A stretch of DNA of 64,000 nt from the IMG/VR virus record IMGVR_UViG_3300033406_000383. One strand, given 5' to 3'. Source of the stretch: an uncultured virus (IMG/VR IMGVR_UViG_3300033406_000383). Taxonomy: Duplodnaviria; Heunggongvirae; Uroviricota; Caudoviricetes. The notes beneath the pieces are model-generated. The model saw nothing but the letters and a program-made list of their open reading frames with translations. It was not told where the DNA came from and searched no databases. Shown in pieces: positions 50,126-60,137 of the stretch. The translations under genes and the position numbers were made by a program. Numbering within the stretch: the stretch's first letter is position 1; every line of letters starts with the position of its first letter.

Positions 50126-50443
50126 GTGGATTTACTAAAATATCTCACAGGAGAACTTCGCTTATCCATAGTTAAAGCATGGAAGCGAGGTTACGGATTT
50201 AACGAAGATGAGCTCCTTGATATCTTCGATAAACTAGGTAGTATCAATAGTAAACAAGAACTTCTTAGATCACTCTTTAACATCAACGAAAATACTAGTG
50301 GAAAGATATGTAGCAATTGTAAGTTCTATGTACTCTTTGGCGACTCCTATGTCTGTAAGAAATGGATGATGTTAATCTTTAGTCCAGCAGGGAACCCTGT
50401 ACCCATCACCGATAGATGCCATAAACGCAGGGCAGGAACATAG
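50126..50443 (+). CDS. hypothetical Cys-containing protein
   Basis: AGGAGGTG RBS, GTG start; CSNCKFY...C motif. Confidence 0.65.
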   Translation: MDLLKYLTGELRLSIVKAWKRGYGFNEDELLDIFDKLGSINSKQELLRSLFNINENTSGKICSNCKFYVLFGDSYVCKKWMMLIFSPAGNPVPITDRCHKRRAGT

Positions 50444-50501
50444 AATATCCTATGTATATTTCCTTGACAATCGTGATATAATCATAGTAAAAGCCAAGGA
50501 G

Positions 50502-50939
50502 TTGACAACAATGGAAAACATAGTTCGCGTGGTAGATCAATCGAAATACATAGCCATCTTCGCACTAGCACAGCAAGGCATGGTAGCCAAGGATATCATC
50601 GAAATATCTCCAGATAACATTAAAGTGTCCGAGGGAGTCACCATCGTAAACATCAATGGTAAGACTGCGGAATTATCCTTGGATGAAGCTAAGGTATTCG
50701 CGAAGTATATCAAGGACAACCTCAGTAAGATCAAGGAGTACAATGTACTATTCTTCGGTAAACTAGGCAAACTCAGCGTCCCCAATGTTACCAAGGGATT
50801 CCGTACATACCTAGCTAAACATAAAGGTCTCACCTTGCATGACGTTGGATGGATCACAGTCGCGCAGAGTCGCGCAGTGGATACTCCGATTGAGACCATA
50901 GATGACATCGCTGCAATCATAGGGAAATTACATGAATAA
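50502..50939 (+). CDS. degenerate tyrosine-recombinase-like domain lacking catalytic residues
   Basis: AIFALAQQGMVAKDIIEISPDNI and VLFFGKLGKLS...LTLHDVG align by eye to integrase boxes I and II. Confidence 0.45.
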   Translation: MTTMENIVRVVDQSKYIAIFALAQQGMVAKDIIEISPDNIKVSEGVTIVNINGKTAELSLDEAKVFAKYIKDNLSKIKEYNVLFFGKLGKLSVPNVTKGFRTYLAKHKGLTLHDVGWITVAQSRAVDTPIETIDDIAAIIGKLHE

Positions 50940-50957
50940 GCTAAAGGACTCGAAGAA

Positions 50958-51671
50958 TTAACTTCGAGTCCTTTTACATTGTATGCCACAGTAGGTACAT
51001 CGGACATCAGTACGTCCGAAGCATCCTTGGAAATACTCTGGAACAACACAGTGTGTCCTTGTTTTCCACACTCGTTTGTCCTTAGTTTTACCCCAGTAGC
51101 TACCATTGTACGATTCCATGGAAGAATCAAAGTTCCACCTTAGCATTTCCTCTGGTACATGGGCTTCCAAGATACTCTGTGGAGGTTGTAGGAATTTATC
51201 CCAGTTAACCAAGTGACCTCCTTGGCATTTTAGGATTTTCTTGGGAATATTTCTGATACGCTTGATGACTCCTGGATGTGTTATGCTTACCTTAGCTGCG
51301 ATGACTCTCTGTGGATACCCAGAGACATACATGGCAAGTATCCTGCGATCCCTACGATCTAGCGCAGGTTTTCCGTTGGGTAATCTGAGGGAAACTACGT
51401 CCCACAGGAAGTCAACGATATCCCTGCGTCTTTCCTGTTCCACGAGGATCGCCAGCGCATCTTCACCAGCCATGGAACCCATGACATTATCTAAGTTGCA
51501 GAGGTGATCTTCGAGGTCTCCGAGCCAATCTTGGAGATGCGACGAGATTCTACGTCCTTCTTGCGATCCAGGAGTTGCCCTTGTGCTCTCTTTGTCGATA
51601 CGATCATCTCCCTTTGTTGTTGTAGGAATGGCTTTGGGTGTTGTTGTTTTATCGTTATCATCTGTTGGCAA
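50958..51671 (-). CDS. sigma-70 region 4-like HTH regulator with Cys-rich tail
   Basis: LDRRDRRILAMYVSGYPQRVIAAKVSITHPGVIKRIRNIPKKI; C-terminal C...C...CTYCG..C; start uncertain. Confidence 0.6.
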   Translation of the reverse strand: MPTDDNDKTTTPKAIPTTTKGDDRIDKESTRATPGSQEGRRISSHLQDWLGDLEDHLCNLDNVMGSMAGEDALAILVEQERRRDIVDFLWDVVSLRLPNGKPALDRRDRRILAMYVSGYPQRVIAAKVSITHPGVIKRIRNIPKKILKCQGGHLVNWDKFLQPPQSILEAHVPEEMLRWNFDSSMESYNGSYWGKTKDKRVWKTRTHCVVPEYFQGCFGRTDVRCTYCGIQCKRTRS

Positions 51672-51918
51672 TGCTTCACGGTGACTACGGTGGCATCCCC
51701 ATGCTTCCGAGTACCAATGCCGACTCCTTGGTCTATATCGGATTTCAATGGAAGCAATAGGTCTCCGATATGTGCGATGTCTGCCACTGGATGATCTTTG
51801 TCTGTTCCCATGAGTGTTAGGAAAGCACAGTGCTCATCCTTGGTTCCTCCATGGAAACCTACGCGAACCTGCCAATCCTTAATTCTGACAATGTAATATT
51901 CACAGGGCATCTCTGTTA

Positions 51919-52368
51919 TCATAACGTTCCTCCCATGAGTAACCATAGGATATACCCTGCGTACACAGTCCAAGTTAGGGATGCGATGGTTCCATTGAAT
52001 GTCCGATATTTAGCATTGGCTATTTTTAGGACTAACCTTGCTCTCTTTTGTTCTCCTGTGTCTGACTCATGGTTCCTCATCGCCCATGCGAAGTTAGCCA
52101 AGGTATATCCTAGGATAATCATCGTAGGCCATCTCAGGATATCAATGTCATTCGCAACGTATATAAAGATGAATCTAAGGACTACATAGAATATCGCGAA
52201 GAAGAACACTAATACGATGGGAGCATAGGTTTCTCCTTTGACCTCCTTGCCATCTATCTTGTCAATCTCTGTTTGATGCATGGAATTCACTGTGTCGTAG
52301 AAGATATTCCCTCGAATCAATGTCATCATTGACATCAAAAGTATAAACATTGTCATCATAAATATCAT
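51919..52368 (-). CDS. multi-pass membrane protein
   Basis: Four hydrophobic segments; preceded by the 31-bp motif and AGGAGG. Confidence 0.7.
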   Translation of the reverse strand: MIFMMTMFILLMSMMTLIRGNIFYDTVNSMHQTEIDKIDGKEVKGETYAPIVLVFFFAIFYVVLRFIFIYVANDIDILRWPTMIILGYTLANFAWAMRNHESDTGEQKRARLVLKIANAKYRTFNGTIASLTWTVYAGYILWLLMGGTL

Positions 52369-52412
52369 TGTGATTCCTCCTTAGTTTCCTTTGGTTTCGC
52401 AGACGGGCATAG

Positions 52413-52979
52413 TTAAGCACCAGTAGATCCCCATCCACCATTGCGTTCAGTGGTTACATTGTCATCATCGGTTACAAGGTATTTATGGAAGATTCCCTGG
52501 GCAACCCTGTCACCTTTGGGTGCATGGAAAACTTCATTCCCTGTGTTCGTCAATGCGATCATAATGTGCCCACCGTTATCACTTTGGATGTAATCAGAGT
52601 CAATTATGGATGTTCCATTGGATAGCACTACGTTGCTATAGATCCCTATGGAAGACCTAATGTGGATCTCAAGGACTTCATCGGGTTGCATATAAGCACA
52701 GAGGCCAGTGGTATAGGCTTTGGTTTCCCCAGGAGCCAAGGTTATGTCATCGGTGACTCTGAGATCATACCCTGCGGAATGCCGAGTAGCTCTGGTTGGC
52801 AGTGGAATGTCTAGGAAGCCTATGATGCGTTGGAAGCCACGGATTTTCTTAGGAATCACTTCGAGTTCATGGGCTGCATAGTAATACCCATTATCAATCT
52901 TGGTAATTATTCCTATGTGCCCCTGTGGGTCTGCACAGGTGTCATCTACGATAACCTTAGCTTTATCACCTAGCTTCAT
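52413..52979 (-). CDS. dut: trimeric dUTPase with an extra N-terminal SH3/KOW-like segment
   Basis: SAGYDL, IRSSIG, IIDSDY, RVAQGIF, RNGGWGSTG. Confidence 0.93.
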   Translation of the reverse strand: MKLGDKAKVIVDDTCADPQGHIGIITKIDNGYYYAAHELEVIPKKIRGFQRIIGFLDIPLPTRATRHSAGYDLRVTDDITLAPGETKAYTTGLCAYMQPDEVLEIHIRSSIGIYSNVVLSNGTSIIDSDYIQSDNGGHIMIALTNTGNEVFHAPKGDRVAQGIFHKYLVTDDDNVTTERNGGWGSTGA

Positions 52980-53199
52980 TGTTCCACCTCCGTTATCATA
53001 GAAGTCCTAATGCTTCTCATGGTTGCACCGTCGTGATATTCAATGAGTAACATATCGCCAACTTTGGGAGTGCCTTTGTATGGAATTGAATATACAGTGT
53101 CCATTCCACCAATGAACCTAATGTTATCAGTGTAAAGTACTCCGTTCTTCCATAGTTCATTATCTTTCACTATGTATTCTGAGTTTAATGTCTTGATTT

Positions 53200-53823
53200 T
53201 CACTGCTTACCTCCTAAGAAATCTTCATTGGCTGCTTTGTACCTCTCTGTAATACTTAGCATATCGATGTCGCTATGTTTTGCAGTGAACGACTCCCACC
53301 ACCCACATGGCACAAACTCAGGACACCCACAGCGATATACGCAGTTCTTCTGCATTACTGAGGCAATCTCTGGTTCATGGGAGTACAGTGTCCTCTTTAG
53401 GTCTTCCATGTGCTCCCTTGTTTCATTCTGGGAGCAGTAACACAGTCTAACCCTTGCTATGTTAATGAGTGCCTGTGCATTTGCCTCGATGGACATAGGG
53501 ACTATGGTATCCTGTCTAGCTGAGTCTCTAGTCACCAGTGGCGCAACGGAGTCTCTGCTTGGAGATTTTCTGTCATCCCTCTGTGTCCCTATCCACTTCT
53601 CCCAGCCAATGTGATGCCTAGCAAAGTGCGTAGCTACCCATGACTTCAATGACCATTTCCACGAAACTCTCAGTAGCCTAATCGGTGAATGCTCAGAGAT
53701 CAACAGCTTCTCCTTGAAGCTCTTAGTGGCTTCTATTGTAGACTCTGATTTGTTCACTGTAACCCTGCATTTATTCTTGACATCAACCCAGTCTGTACAT
53801 AGTTTACCAATAGTAGTTTTCAT
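53200..53823 (-). CDS. thyX: flavin-dependent thymidylate synthase-like (Thy1/ThyX family)
   Basis: EHSPIR, VATHFARHH....GTQR, NAQALINIARVRLC..Q.E.R, CPEFVPCG. Confidence 0.75.
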   Translation of the reverse strand: MKTTIGKLCTDWVDVKNKCRVTVNKSESTIEATKSFKEKLLISEHSPIRLLRVSWKWSLKSWVATHFARHHIGWEKWIGTQRDDRKSPSRDSVAPLVTRDSARQDTIVPMSIEANAQALINIARVRLCYCSQNETREHMEDLKRTLYSHEPEIASVMQKNCVYRCGCPEFVPCGWWESFTAKHSDIDMLSITERYKAANEDFLGGKQ

Positions 53824-54379
53824 ACTTTCCCTCCGATCCATTGTATTAACTTAAGCACCCTAGGTATCAACCCTTCGCAGTAATACATTCCACCGAAGAT
53901 TCCCATAGCTAAATATGGAAGTGCCAATGCCCACATAAGTATCTCAGTTTTGGTCACTCGCTCACCTCCGAATGCTCTAATTTACACTTAGAAAGCGCAT
54001 TGTCTAATTCTTGTCTTTCTACGTATTGTCTACTGGCATCCCTTGGAACTTCCTCTGTATCGTCCCAGATCATGGCATTGCACCGCATACATCTATAGAC
54101 TGCATAGTAAAATTCATCGTTACTATCATAGGCAGCAGTGTATTCATAGGTAGCTCTTTTGTGTCCGAAGATTAAGCATAGTAATCTGTGTATCATTCGC
54201 TCACCTCCGCATTCTTCGGAATATCATAAGCAAACTCTAGCTCCTTGATTCTTCTTTGGAACATATCGTTCTCACTGGTTAACCGTAGTATCACTTGATC
54301 CTTGAGTAGCAAGGTTTTCACATATTCATCGATGATTCCTACGGATGTGTGTAACGCACTGCGAGCTTCGTCTACATTG

Positions 54380-54988
54380 TTAAACATTGTCTACCTCCTT
54401 AGCTTTCACTAATTTGAACATTGGATCATCTTTGAAAGTAGCATGAAATACTATGGTGTCACCACAGACTCCACATTGGCAATTTCCCTTGGATGTCCAG
54501 CATAACTTTAGACACCCTGATCCTATGCTTCCTCTGACGCTATCTTTGGTATCGTGGTAGAACACTGTACCTTTTGGCATCCCTCCAAAATCCTGTGTAG
54601 TTTCATAGTAATCTGTGTATGGATCTTGGAATGCCAAAGACTTTACCTGTGTATCCTTGTCGATTACTCGGATATCACCGCTTGGCTTTGGATACTCCTT
54701 GGCGACATCTACTGACTCCACTGGGAAGTTCTTGACTAGGAAGTCTCTGAGCTTCATTGCGGTTTCCCTTGGCATATCGATGAATATAAAAGACTTAGTG
54801 CTGATGTTCAATGAATCATCCTTAGCTATTCTCATATAGACATCGTTCCCAGTGTCCTTTTGTTCACCTAGATATTCTCTATCGATGGACTCAAGGATTT
54901 CTATGCGCTCAAGGAGATTATCTATGGTCTGCTGCGATATATCCTTGGGACTATTCTTGGTTCCAAAGTATTCCCAAAAGTTAAACAT
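54380..54988 (-). CDS. hypothetical protein
   Basis: GAGGAGG RBS; within a run of small coupled ORFs (53954-55169). Confidence 0.65.
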   Translation of the reverse strand: MFNFWEYFGTKNSPKDISQQTIDNLLERIEILESIDREYLGEQKDTGNDVYMRIAKDDSLNISTKSFIFIDMPRETAMKLRDFLVKNFPVESVDVAKEYPKPSGDIRVIDKDTQVKSLAFQDPYTDYYETTQDFGGMPKGTVFYHDTKDSVRGSIGSGCLKLCWTSKGNCQCGVCGDTIVFHATFKDDPMFKLVKAKEVDNV

Positions 54989-55144
54989 TGGTTACCTCCT
55001 CACAATAATCATAGGCTTCTTTGAAGCTATGGTAGTCTATAGCTAATTCTGTGTTGTCAATGCCTCTATGGGTGATATTGAGACATCTGCGGTATTCTGG
55101 GTTGTTCACTAGGAAGCTTAGGATACAAGATGCTGGGTTATCAC

Positions 55145-57394
55145 CTAATCGCACTTTGAAAACCCACAATTACTACATGTAGGACACTTAGCCGAGGATA
55201 GCATTGTTAGCTCATGACACTCAGGGCAAGCAAGGAATTCCTTAGACTCTGTGAATTCATCAATAACCTGTGATCCCTTGTATATCTCTTCGATACTCTC
55301 GGCAATCGCAGCACCGCAGGATATCGAGATTCCCTTGGCTCCTTTGGATTTCATTACAGTACATGCGGAACATGTGTTACTGCGGAGCTCTTTGATGACT
55401 TCCTCGACTTTCACGCCTGATCTCAGTGACAAACTCGCCATTCTGGTGATTGTATTGATATTGCTTTGGCATCCTTGGGAGCTATTGGTAAAGACTTCGA
55501 ATACATTGTCATCCTGAGAATTCACAGTAATATACATGTTGGGACTACAGGATGTGTGCTTAACTATGGTTTGCCCACTGGTTGTACCGATGGATCTGCG
55601 TTTTACTGGAGAGATATAGTTAAGCTTAGGAATCTTAGGTTCTTTAGGTTTCTCCTTGCCAAGTATAGAAGTCCTAGCGCATCCATCACGAAACACTGTA
55701 AGTCCTTTGCATCCAGACTTCCATGCCATCATATAGGTGTCAAAGATATCCTGTGGAGTCGCAGTATTCTTGAGGTTAACTGTGGAGCTTATGGCATTAT
55801 CCACGTATTTCTGTATGGTTGCTTGGAGTTTCACACGATCCATAGGGTTGATGTCGTGGGATACTGTGATGTATGGGAATTCTTTGAGGAATTCATCGGT
55901 AACCCCAGGATTGTTCTTGTTAATTCCTTTGGCTTCTATGAAATCACTGACGGACTTAGCAAATACCTTGAAAGTTCCACCAGTTTTCTCTAAGGCATGT
56001 GTTGTGCGATCATAGGACACTGCGTAGAGTGGTTCTACGCCACCACTTAGGCCAACCATGGTCGCTATGGAACCTGTGGGAGCTATAGATAACAGTGAAC
56101 CATTGCGGAGACCACGACCTTCAATGTCATACCATAGATCTGTTCCCTCGATGGACTTAAGGAACGGTGACTCCTTAACGTAATCCCAGTTATACTTTGC
56201 GAAGGTTCCCTTAAGGTCTGCAAGATAGCACGATGTTTCTAATGCAGTTCTTAGCATCACATCCATGACATAGGTTATAAAGTCAATGGACTCCTTAGAA
56301 CCATAGGTAATCCCTAGTGCTATGAACATATCTGCGAGTCCAAAAACACCTAAGCCTACTGCTCGGTAATCAATGACCGCCTGTGCATTCTCTGGAAGTG
56401 GTTGTGAATCTAAGCCATAATCAAGGATTTCATCGAGTGCTGTGATCCCGAGTTTTACCATTGATCTGAACTTATGTATATCAAAGGTTGCCTCGCTGGT
56501 GAACGGTGATTTAACCATGTTATACATATTAATGGAGCCAAGGTTACATGCGTTGTATGCTGCTCCAGTGTATTCAGCGCATGGATTGCATATGTCAATA
56601 TGGTATTCTTCCTTGGGATACCCTGATAACAAATGGTTACTACGGACATTATCAATGAACAACATCCCTGGCTCTGCGTAGTCCCAGTTACTCGCGCAAA
56701 ATCTTTGGAAGAAGTCATAGGCATCAATGGTTTTACTAATGACTTCCCCTGTGGATTCCACGGTAAAGTTGAGTTCGAAGTCTGCTTTGTCTTCCACTGC
56801 AAACATAAAGTCATCAGTGAACAGGATACTTAGGTTTGCCGATTGTATCGCGGTATCATTTTGCTTTATCGTAAGGAATTCTTCGATATCTGGATGTCCT
56901 ACGTCCATCCCAAGCATTAATGCTGCTCTGCGGTTATTGGCTCCGATTACCTCACCGACTCCATTGAATATATTAAGGAAGCTTACGGCTCCAGTGGATG
57001 TCTTGGCAGCATTGTGCACCTTGGCATCCCTAGGTCTTAGCTTAGATACATTAATTCCTACGCCACCACCCATGGAAAATATCCTCGCAGTCTTCTTAGC
57101 GGTTTCAAAGATATCTTCAATGTTATCCTGTGGACTATCCATGATGTAGCAGTTGGACATTGTGGATCTGAATTTACCTTTGGAACCTGCGGAATACAGT
57201 GATCTACCTGCAGGAAAGAAATCAGCGTCATACAATGCGTCAACTATGTCATCGTGCAACTCATCACTGAATATCCCTGCGACACGCTCGACGAATGCAG
57301 GAAAATCCTCACCTTCATGCAGATATTTCTTGGAAATAATTTCCTTTCCTACTATAGTTTCATACCAGTTACCATTGATGTTCGTGTTACTCAT
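55145..57394 (-). CDS. nrdJ: class II (adenosylcobalamin-dependent) ribonucleotide reductase with TSCPD/zinc-ribbon tail
   Basis: FFPAGR, SNCY, GGGVG, EPG.LFID, NPCAE, CNLGSIN, IAPTGS, ISSTVN, KGLTVFRDG; no beta-subunit gene nearby. Confidence 0.9.
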   Translation of the reverse strand: MSNTNINGNWYETIVGKEIISKKYLHEGEDFPAFVERVAGIFSDELHDDIVDALYDADFFPAGRSLYSAGSKGKFRSTMSNCYIMDSPQDNIEDIFETAKKTARIFSMGGGVGINVSKLRPRDAKVHNAAKTSTGAVSFLNIFNGVGEVIGANNRRAALMLGMDVGHPDIEEFLTIKQNDTAIQSANLSILFTDDFMFAVEDKADFELNFTVESTGEVISKTIDAYDFFQRFCASNWDYAEPGMLFIDNVRSNHLLSGYPKEEYHIDICNPCAEYTGAAYNACNLGSINMYNMVKSPFTSEATFDIHKFRSMVKLGITALDEILDYGLDSQPLPENAQAVIDYRAVGLGVFGLADMFIALGITYGSKESIDFITYVMDVMLRTALETSCYLADLKGTFAKYNWDYVKESPFLKSIEGTDLWYDIEGRGLRNGSLLSIAPTGSIATMVGLSGGVEPLYAVSYDRTTHALEKTGGTFKVFAKSVSDFIEAKGINKNNPGVTDEFLKEFPYITVSHDINPMDRVKLQATIQKYVDNAISSTVNLKNTATPQDIFDTYMMAWKSGCKGLTVFRDGCARTSILGKEKPKEPKIPKLNYISPVKRRSIGTTSGQTIVKHTSCSPNMYITVNSQDDNVFEVFTNSSQGCQSNINTITRMASLSLRSGVKVEEVIKELRSNTCSACTVMKSKGAKGISISCGAAIAESIEEIYKGSQVIDEFTESKEFLACPECHELTMLSSAKCPTCSNCGFSKCD

Positions 57395-57663
57395 AGAATT
57401 CCTCCTTTGCTTCGATCTTCCGAAGCATCTTGGCTCCATAGGAACTCAATGTTACCTCTCCGCTAACCACGGATTTGTTCAGCATCCCTCTGCGGATAAG
57501 CTTAGATTTGACTCTGGATACCAAGGGATCAGAGGTATCCACCTCGTCACCCTTGGAATATGCTAGGAGTACTTGGTATACTACGATTTCTAAATTATTC
57601 ATTGATTGCCTCCTTATATTCACGAAGAATGTTGGTTTCCTTTGGTTTCGCAGATGGACATGG

Positions 57664-58182
57664 TTATACTGCGGTTAGCTCCGATTCACTATGGAACACA
57701 TCTCCAGATTCATCAGCAAACCCTGTGCCTTCGTAGTCATACCCTGTATCCGTTGGGATGACTTTGGTAATGCGTAGGTACTGATGGTCTTCATTGGATA
57801 CTACGAATTGTCCTATAGAGAACTTAGGTTCTGGCTTGGGTTCTTCCCAAAGTTTCCACTTGTCATTTACGCAGTTCTCTACATGCGCGACCCATGTATT
57901 CCCATGCTTCCCTCGACCTATGAATTGTCCATTGAAATACTCAATGTGATTGTCTGGGCATTGCCCTTCGTATTGTACTGGTGTTCCCTTGATGGCGAGG
58001 ACTAATGCTTCTCCTGCGGTCAACCATTGTTCCTCTGGTACTACTTCGCAGTCCTCCTTGTGAATTCCCCAGTGTCTTTCATCTGATAGTTCATAGAATT
58101 TATCATCATATTCACGGACATCAAAGATTTTTCCTATGTAACCCTCGTACCAATAGTTATCCTTTGTTATCTTTACTTTCAT
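57664..58182 (-). CDS. multi-module hypothetical protein (SH3-like repeats)
   Basis: WYEGYIGKIFDV; PKFSIGQFVV...ESEL. Confidence 0.65.
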   Translation of the reverse strand: MKVKITKDNYWYEGYIGKIFDVREYDDKFYELSDERHWGIHKEDCEVVPEEQWLTAGEALVLAIKGTPVQYEGQCPDNHIEYFNGQFIGRGKHGNTWVAHVENCVNDKWKLWEEPKPEPKFSIGQFVVSNEDHQYLRITKVIPTDTGYDYEGTGFADESGDVFHSESELTAV

Positions 58183-58634
58183 GCTGATTCCTCCTTAGAT
58201 TTCTTTGCTTTCTTCGCATCCCTACGACATTTCTGGAGATAGTCGTAAGATACCCATGGATTCCCATCCACCGCATACTTAGTACTTTTGGTTACCCATC
58301 GTAGTTCCTCTGGATACCTATAGAGATACAGTTTTCGCCTTAGATCCCCTTGTTGCGTGGAGATACCTTTAGCATCCCAGTATACCTTAGTTCCCTCTTG
58401 GTCTATCGTGAGGAAATCAGGTGTATATGTCACTGGCAACACTGTTTTACCATCGCGTTTGAACTTAGGCTGTAGCTCTAGTTTAGGCTGCAGGATTATC
58501 TCTGTGAATTCCCCTGCTTCCTTGCGTCTAAGGAGTTCGATGTAGAAATCCTTTTCCAAAGTACTATCAAAGTTTATCCCTTGATATACACATTTGATAC
58601 TGCGTTGACCTTTGGACTTCTTTGGTTTTGCTAT
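58179..58634 (-). CDS. DUF1064-like PD-(D/E)XK endonuclease; probable ATA start at 58634
   Basis: GINFDSTLE..FY, LQPKLELQPKF, YTPDF...DAKG; the FDS motif lies upstream of the ORF-track start. Confidence 0.8.
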   Translation of the reverse strand: MAKPKKSKGQRSIKCVYQGINFDSTLEKDFYIELLRRKEAGEFTEIILQPKLELQPKFKRDGKTVLPVTYTPDFLTIDQEGTKVYWDAKGISTQQGDLRRKLYLYRYPEELRWVTKSTKYAVDGNPWVSYDYLQKCRRDAKKAKKSKEESA

Positions 58635-58991
58635 ATTCCCTCACCTGCCAATGATCCAACGATTGCGGTGATAACTTCGTTGACTACCTCTGTATTAAAT
58701 GGCTCACACTCGCAGTACCCAAGACTTGTTAGGACTCCTAAGAGCACCTGTGCGGATTCTAAGTCTAACTTCAGACTTACCTCGGTTTCCTTTGGAAACG
58801 TTGCTTTTGCTTTGATATTCATTGTATTCCACGCTCCTTTAATTGTCTGTGGACTTCCCATAGCATTTCATTGACTTCACTTGGATTGAACTTGAGTTTG
58901 TCATGGACTAGCACTCCATTCCATTCGCAGGACGATGAATTAACAAGGTCATACAGGATTTCTGCGGTATGCGTAGGCAAACGTAGGTCAA

Positions 58992-59495
58992 TCACAGTAC
59001 CACCGCAGTCAGCTTTGACTCCTCATAGGTCTTCAACGGGCACTTCTCTGCGACACTGAATTTAACTTTGTATGTTCTCTTGCCTTTGGTGACTTTCATA
59101 GGTTCAGCGATGAATCCGATGTCGCCCTGATAGTTCGCTATGAGTTGCTGTGGTTGGAACTTGGGCTTCTCATTGACACTCTCAATGACACCTTGAATAC
59201 CTAAGTATTTCTCAAGACTGCCATGGCATCCTCCGATAACCTTGACCTCATCGCCTACTTTGATCGCCATAGGTTTCTCTGCCTCCTCTTTGATTAACTC
59301 AAGTTCATCTGGTTCATAATCCCAATCATCGCCATTGATTTCTACGCCAACCATAGGCTTATCATAGCCACCACTGTTCATTTTAGGAGTATGTAGATGT
59401 ACCACTGCTCCTTTAGAACCAACCACTGCTCTGTTCCATCTTCCGACATTGAGATTTCTTGAGAATACAACTTCGTCGCCAACTTTAAATTCCAT
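58992..59495 (-). CDS. protein with two KOW/SH3-like modules
   Basis: FKVGDEVV...ELELI and IKVGDEVKVI. Confidence 0.65.
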   Translation of the reverse strand: MEFKVGDEVVFSRNLNVGRWNRAVVGSKGAVVHLHTPKMNSGGYDKPMVGVEINGDDWDYEPDELELIKEEAEKPMAIKVGDEVKVIGGCHGSLEKYLGIQGVIESVNEKPKFQPQQLIANYQGDIGFIAEPMKVTKGKRTYKVKFSVAEKCPLKTYEESKLTAVVL

Positions 59496-59525
59496 AGTAT
59501 CTCCTCCTCAGTTTCCTTTGGTTTC

Positions 59526-60137
59526 CTAGTTAGTCATAGTGAACCCTATATAAGCCATCAAAGTGTCCACGTTATGCCTGAGCTCATCTAGGGAACCTTG
59601 GTTTATTACGCGATACCCACAGAGTTCCTTGAGTCCCTTGATCTCTGACTCCGCCACATGCATCAATGAGTCAGCATCGTATCCACCGTCTCTCTGAGAC
59701 AACCTAGCGACTCTTACGTCCTCACTGCACTCCACATAGATGCTGTGGAAGTCTGAGAATGCTTGGAACTCATTGATGAATCTGCAGTCTGTGATGATGA
59801 CCGGGGTTCTACAGCGAGCTACCTTAGCTTTCACTGCGTCTATCCAGATGTCAGCATAGTATTCCCTTGCCCACATGCCGAGGTCTTGAAGTAATCTACG
59901 GTCTTTCCCTTGATCCTCTGGGTAGCACATGAATTGCCGTAGTCTTCTTCGGTAGTCCGAGGGTTCCTTGCCATCAAAGAGTTGACCCATGTACGCTATG
60001 GCTCCATTGATGTCGCGGATTCTAAGGAGTCTCGCGACCAGCTTGAGATCATCTGCGAAGGCTATGCGAGTCCCTGGGAGCAACGAGGATACTGTGTCCT
60101 TCCCTGATCCTGCCTCGCCGATTATAATGTAGTTCAT
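59526..60137 (-). CDS. deoxynucleoside monophosphate kinase
   Basis: GEAGSGKDT P-loop, AFADDLK, RRLLQDLG, ITDCRFINE, H..E. Confidence 0.85.
   Translation of the reverse strand: MNYIIIGEAGSGKDTVSSLLPGTRIAFADDLKLVARLLRIRDINGAIAYMGQLFDGKEPSDYRRRLRQFMCYPEDQGKDRRLLQDLGMWAREYYADIWIDAVKAKVARCRTPVIITDCRFINEFQAFSDFHSIYVECSEDVRVARLSQRDGGYDADSLMHVAESEIKGLKELCGYRVINQGSLDELRHNVDTLMAYIGFTMTN

Noticed and set aside
51491..51973. ~180-nt overlap between this ORF and the sigma-region-4-like gene as a frameshift or dual-coding system
   Set aside because: No slippery site identified and the start of the downstream gene is uncertain; cannot be resolved from sequence alone
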